This document shows positions 25,635 through 33,000 of a DNA stretch of 33,000 nt, in pieces. How positions within the stretch are numbered: position 1 is the first letter of the stretch; every line of letters starts with the position of its first letter. The position numbers were made by a program, and so were the translations under genes. The notes beneath the pieces are model-generated. The model saw only the letters and a list, made by a program, of their open reading frames with translations. It made no database searches and was not told the DNA's origin. Source of the stretch: Octopus sinensis (taxonomy: Eukaryota); the NCBI RefSeq assembly GCF_006345805.1, contig NW_021836291.1:93001-126000 (forward strand), in the 5' to 3' direction.

Positions 25635-27911
25635 TTAATGTTGGGCGACTGCAATACAACTTCCCAGGAGAACGGGGATCCTCTTCCCTCGTCCCCACCC
25701 CAGTCCACATCGTTTCCTTCTGAGGGGAAACATGACATTTTTTAGTTGCATCAACACCCAACATTTCTGAACCCACCTCCAACATGAATAGACCTTGTCT
25801 GAGACGATCGAAACCTCCATCAAAGGCCCACTCAGACACACTGGTCCTTGGTCCCTCACATTCTCCATCATCTGCTTCCACTCAAGAAAACCAAGTCCCA
25901 GTAACCCTCGAACCTCCTCATCAACCACGACCACCTCCAAACTGCCACTCTCATCCTCCACAGTCATACTAAGCTAGAGACACACCACAAACCACAACTC
26001 AACAATAAACTGAGTAGGGAAAGGACACCCCTTTTCTCCGTAAAATTTACTTGCCCCCCTTCCACAGCACAAACATTTGACGGACATGGTGAGTAAATTA
26101 AGCACAGACAATCTCACTTTCACATCCCACTGACAATCACTCTCTTTGGATATGTTTTTGAGCTTTGTTCGACAAGTGACAAATCGTTTTTCGTGATTTA
26201 ACACAGGAAGCGACACTAACTCAAAATATGACATTTGGTCAAAGTGAACTCCACCCAAATCAACTGACAGATTTCTAAAAATGCCGACTGACCCCTCCGG
26301 CAAGTCAACATCAGGGGTTAAGACGTCCACAATTTTTTCAAAAAAAGAGTTATCCAAAGAACATAAAATAACTTGCAGCGAATTTGGCTAAATGCCTCGA
26401 TAAATACAACCAATTGACGGACACGACTTATCACAGCAACGAAGCATTCGAGTCGACTACAATCCTCACTTTACACCAATCAAAACCGTGGAGATTTGCA
26501 AAAATCAACGTCTTTAATGTCCACCGTCATGTTTTCTCCGTTATTCCGTGAATAAAATATTCTGGAAATTTCCATCAAAGTGTCGTTGAATGCTATCAAT
26601 CTGACAGTCAAAAAGTAAAAAAAACCTTGGATTTTGAGGTCCACAAACACAGGGACAATGCCAAACCAACTCATATATTCCACCCACATAGAGAAACGGA
26701 AAACATCGACAGGCAGAACCAGAAAAAATCAAGCCAAGACGATTTCTGAAATCACAAAAATCACGTAAACGACAATTTTGACAAAGGTCATATTGGCGAG
26801 AAATAAGTTTCGTTTTTGCAGTAAAGAATATCCCCCTCCTTGCCTGGTGAGGGGACTGAGTTGTCTTACTACAAAGGACAGTCTGACTCGACACTCATAT
26901 CGTCCCACGAATTTGTCCAAAAATGTCAACTTGGACAAAATAAGCGCACAAGTCAAAGAAAAAGCAATTTTTTGTACATTTTTGTAGTCTGCCTTCATAG
27001 AAAGTACACCAAAGTCAACTACAGCCACCAATGACCCCACATCACACGACTGGAATCGAGGACACGTTCGATAGCAACCAAGAACAGCTAAACTGACACT
27101 CCAAACATACAAAACAAGCATTTAGGAGTACAGGAGTGCAAATCAGTGCCAATCTGCCCTATTTGACACTCCACCGAGCCAGTCTGGTCAGTCATATTGA
27201 CCTTCCCTTCAGCAGAGGTGGTCAGACACCCCACAAGCACCACATTCTATCAAAACAAGGTCATTCCCAACCTCCGAAGCAATGATGGTAGATATATCGA
27301 CAATATCAGGCATACAACACCCAATTTGTCCCACCATCTGATTACTAACACAAATACCAGCGAATTCTGCCCACACGGACACAGGGGAGAACTCTTTCTG
27401 GGATCAACTCTCACATTGTCGACCATCCGATTATAAAGTGGGGACTTTAAGAACACTTTTTCTAAGGAAAGGACGTCCTTTGTATAAAAAGACATTCTTA
27501 CGATGCTTGGGGCAAATTTATGGGAGAGTCTGCTGTTTAGGTAGAGGTATAAAATCAGCTTTCTCAGTTCTGGCTCCTGGGCGGAGAGGGGAAAGGGATG
27601 GCTGGAGGCGGGAAATATATCAGCACTGAGAGGACTTATTTTGGTGTGAGAACACAGGAAGTAGACCCACGTGTCTAACTATTTTATTTGATGTGATTTA
27701 GTTACTGGTTTTATATGAGCTTTGTGGAAATGTTCAAGTTCGATGTATCCCTTTAGGAGAGGGAGTCCCAGGCCTGTGAAGAGCCTAGTGAAGGTATAGG
27801 ATGGCTAGCAGAACCATTCCTCGTTGAAACGGTGTATCCCCCACTCTGGAGATAGGCAATAGAGAATATGACCCTACTTGGTAAACGCGGGAATTGAACT
27901 TGAATTCTCAT
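25635..27911 (-). CDS. CTC1: CST complex subunit CTC1, shortened
   Basis: The order of motifs follows CTC1: LYLYL...HKFAPS, VVLVGCLTTSAEGKVNMTDQTGSVEC, AIER, LIFSGSACRCFPFLYVGGIYEL, C..C zinc ribbon, VEDESGSLEV...LLGL...EW. The start codon is inferred. Confidence 0.75.
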
Positions 27912-28290
27912 TCTAGGACATACAAGAGAATAAATTTAACATTTTTGATAAAACAATATTTTAATTTATATTTCAACAATTATTAATTAACTAAATTTAA
28001 ATAACCAAAATATTTATTTTCTTTAAAAACTAACGCTCCTTACACTTTGTTTATTTGACGATAACACATATGCCAAATAAATTAAACTCCTTGTTGCTCT
28101 TTTTTGCAATATTAATTTAATAATAAATAAATTAAGATTAAAAAATATTTCTTGATGGCAAACCTAATAATTAAATTCATAACACTTCGTTTTTGCTGCA
28201 TTTAGCCATTTAATGTTGTCATATATGGTTCTGGTTGAGTAAAAATATTGGCGAATAAATATTTTATATTAACAATATATCAATATATTT

Positions 28291-29687
28291 TCACTCCATA
28301 ATTAATTTTGCCATCCTATTCTTCAAAGCACCGCGTAAAAGACTCCTAAGAAAGACAGTTTTGTCAATGTCGCATTTTTCTTCAAAAATCCTGTATTTCA
28401 CGCTCACAAGAATTCGATAAATCTCGAAATCATCAACAGAAAATTACTTTTTTGAAGTTTTGTATCATCAAAGTCGTGATTTCACAGAGATCCTTCGTAT
28501 TTTGAATGTCCTGCAGATCCAGGCTCTGACAGGAATGTAGATCAAAGAGTAATGGCGCAAATACAACTCCCAGTGCTTTCCCTGTCATTTTATTCGTCTA
28601 TTTATATATATAAATTATACTTTCGAATAACCAGACACATGCCATAAATGTCCAAGTACAAATAATAGCAAAGAACGGGAAAATATTTCAAATTTAGCCA
28701 CCTTTGTTGTAATGTGGAGCACAATTGTGTCTGTACTCCTCATAGTCCTGTAGACCTTGAGAACCTCCCCAGATATCCCTAAGATATCCATCAAATAGGC
28801 CAATACCACTCAGTCCCATGTGGGTGGAGAAACTGCGAAGAATAAATTTGAAGAGACATGCCACCAAGACGGGGTCATTCCACAGTAAAGGGTCAAAACT
28901 CCACTCTAAGGGATCCTAAAATGTGGAGAGAAGGACAACTTTGTTGAACATGGCTGTCATTTTGAGGACATTCTGATGACATGTGGATAGTCTATAGATC
29001 CCCTCCACATGGATTGCGTATTTGTCCACATAGGAGGTGAGGAGGTAGAGAATGAAGGGAATGTGCTTAGAGTGAATTAATGGGGCTTACTGGCTGTTTT
29101 GGGGTCTCCATAAAATCATTTTTGTCGAATATAAACTCGTTAGTTTTGACTGTTTTTGTATTTTTAAATATTTTTGAAATTGGTTCGACTATTTTAGTCA
29201 AAATAAAAAAATACAAAAAGACGGAGATTTAAAACAAAACAGATTGTTGACTATTTTCCTAACGTTTTCATACTTTCTCAGACTCCTACACCGTTAATGC
29301 CAATTTCACTTTGTTTTCTGACTTTCATTCACCTTTTTCTCACTTTGTTGATCAAAATGACGTGTTCCATTGGAGGGGAGACCTAATGATTTAAGTACTG
29401 TTCGATTGTATATATTGACATTGATTAGTATTAAATGTCATTCATTACATATGTTAATTACTTGTATGCTGTAGCACTCGATTATTAAGGTAGGACTTGT
29501 GAGGGACTTTTGAGTCGTAGTCAACCAGAATGCACTTGCTGAGGTGTTTTGCACACGAGACTCGAGGAAGTACTTTGAAGGCAGTCCTGTTATCCTCAGG
29601 AGTTGTTCCGAGTAGGGGTTTCTTGTGGACGTAGGTTGTTGTTGGTTTGAGGGTACATTTAGTGGGCATTTGGTCAGACAAATCCAT
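28291..29687 (-). CDS. RhoGAP-domain protein with a low-complexity N-terminus
   Basis: The spliced product has HIPFILYLL...VEGIYRLS (Arg finger), LVACLFKFILR and LLLFVLGHLWHV...NKMTGKALGVVFAPLL. Introns are 21-31 nt plus one of 79 nt (29383-29461). Confidence 0.85.
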
Positions 29688-30122
29688 ACTAGTGTGTTAA
29701 TTAGACCGATATGGCGATAAGTGCACACGAACTTTTATAGTCAAAATAAGCGGCGTTTGCTGCGTATTTCCTAATTTGAATATATTTTTTGACTATTTAT
29801 TTGTGACAATCACTGCTTCTACACTGAAGCGGTTCAACTCTCTAAAATCCCATATGGCCGATTAGGTAAAATAAGGACAAAAAGAGAGTCTTTCCCATCA
29901 TTCACATTATTAAGGGGCACAGTTAGTGCTATTTTAAGGCCACAGACTGAATAAGCCGCATTCTTTAATAATTCTTTTATTAATTATTTAAATGATGATT
30001 CGCGCATTTGCATGGACTCAACCAATATTTCGCCGTTGGGTCAAGGAGATATTTATCCATCATTTAAATAAAGATGTTTAAATTATATGCCGTTCGAGTA
30101 CTACCTTTTCACTTAATGTGAT

Positions 30123-30998
30123 ATATATTTTGATTTATTTTTAAATCTTATATTTAAAAAAAGAAAGATAATAACAAAACAGGACCTCACATCGAATAAA
30201 GGAAAATATATTATCATTTTTCATTAAGTATTTCAATAATAATTGTCATAAACTTAAATAATATATTTACAGAATATCTATTCATTAGCCGCTCAATATG
30301 CATAAGTATACAATTATAGAATGATATCATATGTCCTGAATCAAGGGTGAAATTCTGACAGATGTCATGAACTATGACACCTGTCATCAAAAAGTTGAGG
30401 GTGCAACTTACTGAAATCCATCCTTGTAGACCAAGACGTTCCGAAAGTTAGAAAGTTCCAACTAAAAAAGACAGCTGAAAATTTCATTTTAATTGACGGA
30501 AAACTATCTGCGAAATACTAATCAATTTTACATTTTCTTAACAAGCACGGAATAAAATTGCTCAATAAATCTACAAAAACCAAGCATTGTTAACACTGGA
30601 TCCACATTTTAGAAAGAAATTTTTTGTACCACTAAACAGTATGACAATTCAGGTCATGAAGGAGATTTTGCATTCGCTGACTTTATTTACTGAATTTTAT
30701 TGATCTCGAAAAATAAAATGGTGTTATTTTATAGGTTTAAGAATGAAAACGCCATTTTTGAGTGGTTAGTGCATGTAATAGACGTCTGTTTAAAATATAC
30801 GTTTATAAGAAATCTATAAAATAAAAGTAGAATAGAGAATGAAAACAAATTAAAGAATTCTCATGTGATAAAAGTTTGTGAAGAGTTTTGTATTCCTCAA
30901 ATACATAGAAGACCACCCAATTTATTTTATAATTTGATATTTTGATTTATTTTAACTGTAAGTCTGTGTTTTGAATCTTATATTTAAAAAAGAAAGAT
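30123..30998. repeat. Degenerate dispersed direct repeat, two copies about 820 bp apart
   Basis: ATATTTTGATTTATTTTTAA...AATCTTATATTTAAAAAA(A)GAAAGAT at 30123-30169 and 30937-30998 (the second copy has an insertion). TCTATTCATTA follows each copy, at 30277 and 31039. Confidence 0.45.
30440..30700 (+). mobile_element. Possible decayed Gypsy/Ginger-type integrase N-terminal fragment
   Basis: Reads KKTAENFILIDGKL and DNSGHEG, reminiscent of the region before the H2C2 zinc finger. It is heavily interrupted. Confidence 0.25.
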
Positions 30999-31099
30999 CT
31001 TCTGATCATTAGCAGTTTTAAACCTAAACTACCTTAGTCTATTCATTAATTATTTGTCATATTTAAAAAAATCAAGTATTCGGTCGACGGATATCAAGG

Positions 31100-31200
31100 A
31101 CAAAACACGATTCAAGAGAGTCATCTTGGAACGTCTGTCGATCGCTGTGATCCGGGGAATGACTTTACTATTCGCAAGGCTGGCCGAACGTCTCGTGAGG
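31100..31200 (+). mobile_element. Second RLE-type non-LTR 3' fragment
   Basis: ERLSIAVIRGM resembles the QRLS.A.QRGN terminal motif also seen near 2040. Confidence 0.35.
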
Positions 31201-31345
31201 GCTAACTATTTTATATATAATTCTCTCGATTTTTATTTTCGATTAGATAGAAGATTCATATTCAGAAAATATATTGGTCTATTCTTTTCTTTATTTAAAA
31301 ATTTTTGAACATCCATACCTTTACAATAAAAACTATCACATAAGG

Positions 31346-32175
31346 CAGGGGTGACCAACCTTTTTGACCGGCGAGCCACTTTTCATATTGCGATTTTTTA
31401 GCGATCGACTTATATATTTTAATAACAAAATTTTTATTTTTATAATTAAAAGTTAATGGGATTTTTGGCATTGTAATTCTCTTGCGATTATTCCGAATTC
31501 TGGCTCATATGAGCTTAGTGCTATTCTTATGCAATCCGCAAGATGGTTATCGGTTAAACGGGTCCTGTATTGAGATTTGATCATTTTCATGCATGAAAAT
31601 GATGTTTCTCATAAATATGTGCTTTAAAAGCATGAAAGAATTCTCTGATACGAATCAATCAATATTGGATATTTTTCTGGAGAAATAAATCTCCACATGT
31701 CGACATTAAAATATGATTTTAAGGTGAGATCATTTTTTTAGATTTATAATTTCTATTTTAATATGTCTTGGTTCAACGTCAAAAATCTTTTTAAATTCTT
31801 GATGTCTTTCTCCATGAGCGGGAAAACTAAGAAACTGCATAATATTGTAATTTTCTTGAAATCGCTAAATCGGTGTTTAAACTCATTCATTATATTTTCT
31901 AGTACCATTGCAAATTCATCAAGAAAAAAAGTTTATCGTACACCTTTTGATGTTGATCCACGTTTAGTAGGTGGTTTTATTGATATGATCAATAATTCGA
32001 TTAATAAAGATTTGTATGATAATCTTCCTTTGTCAAGATTTTGGTGCGAAATGTGTTATTTTTATCCTTCCGTAAGCACAAATGCATTAAATTTGTTGCT
32101 TATTTTTCCGACAACCTATTTATGCGAACATTGCTTTGTGAATATTGAAGATGACATCAGAGTATGTTTGTCAAT
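31346..32175 (+). mobile_element. hAT (Buster/Charlie) element remnant: left TIR plus dimerisation-domain fragment
   Basis: The terminus CAGGGGTGACCAACCTTTTT at 31346 is preceded by ACATAAGG, which fits the Buster NNNTANNN target consensus. The coding fragment reads FWCEMCYFYPSV...LLIFPTTYLCE...EDDIRVCLS. No right TIR was found. Confidence 0.75.
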
Positions 32176-32219
32176 AATTGGGCATAAAAAGATCACTTTA
32201 TTTAATTCAACATTATCTA

Positions 32220-32400
32220 ACAACCCATTTGACGAACTGCTAGATTTTATAGTGACCTATTTTCTCCAACTCGCTATGGTTATAGGGGATATACGTGCTT
32301 CTCCTCTCATTTTCTTTAGAGGTGACTGGAATGCAAAAGTGGGAACACGTCATAAGGATGAAAATTTTATCGGAGCTTCTATCAGAGGAACAAAATATAG
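32220..32400 (+). mobile_element. LINE apurinic-endonuclease (RTE-like) fragment
   Basis: GDWNAKVG (canonical GDFNAKVG), preceded in another frame by FYSDL. Confidence 0.5.
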
Positions 32401-32479
32401 ATTTAAAAAGAAGTTTTTCGGATAAATTTTAAGCAATAAATTTTTATAAAAACATAAATTACACAGAATCATATAATAT

Positions 32480-32600
32480 TTGACTCTTTCAGTTTAAAAA
32501 TTTCGGTCTTTGGCCAAAATTTTATGAAGAACTGAAAACGAGCGCTCCACTGAACATGCAGTGGCCTGACACCGGAGTAGTTGAAACTTTTCCGAAGGCA
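32480..32600 (-). mobile_element. Second hAT transposase C-terminal fragment
   Basis: The minus strand reads CQATACSVERSFSVLHKILAKDRNF*TERVK, the hAT dimerisation motif (S...ERSFS). Confidence 0.6.
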
Positions 32601-33000
32601 AAAAAATTGCGTAAATCTGTGTTTTTGAACAAATCATTATTTATGGCATTTAACACAAATATCGCATAAATTACAGTATAATGGTCCACTCGGACAATTG
32701 AAAATTCAGTGGGAAATTCTTGGCGACTGATTTTTTCGACTTAACATCACAACAATGTAAAAATAGTTAGCGTTGCTTAAAATTTGATATTTATATTTTT
32801 TTAATTTTTAGCCAAGAATTAAAAATGACACAAAAATGGACAAAGTTGACCTAAAATGAAAAATTGACAAGGGTGATCTAAAAAATAAAAAAATAAGTTT
32901 TTTTTTAAAATAAAAATTGTATTTTTAATATTTATATGAAACCTAATAATAAACCTGAATTCGCAAGCATTAGCTTTACAAAAATACTGTGGGAAATAGT

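Overview
A very compact, AT-rich eukaryotic (metazoan) window. About 17 protein-coding genes lie in 1-29.7 kb, followed by a transposon graveyard at 29.8-33 kb. The ORF track is fragmented because nearly every gene is split by ultra-short GT-AG introns (mostly 21-33 nt by hand count, a few 35-79 nt). Splicing these out by hand gives recognisable proteins: complexin (3' part), a Gi/o-like G-alpha, G3BP, SRP19, a receptor-type guanylyl cyclase, CFAP119, a DEPDC1-like protein, MTERF4, a stand-alone death-domain ORF, a PKA catalytic subunit, MRPL53, a secreted NTR/C345C-module protein, a Cys-less pentameric ligand-gated channel, TBC1D9/8-like, ERICH6-like, a shortened CTC1 and a RhoGAP. Micro-introns at ancestral positions in metazoan genes suggest a dicyemid-like reduced animal genome; this is inference, not identification. 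The most striking unexplained signal is a gene-scale GC-skew switch. On the + strand, most GC-rich units run C-rich on the left and G-rich on the right whatever the gene orientation, and the introns follow the same pattern. Also notable are 25-75 bp gaps between tandem genes (possible operons or a fusion) and two candidate GA-AG introns. All gene models and counts were made by hand; family calls rest on remembered motifs, not database searches.
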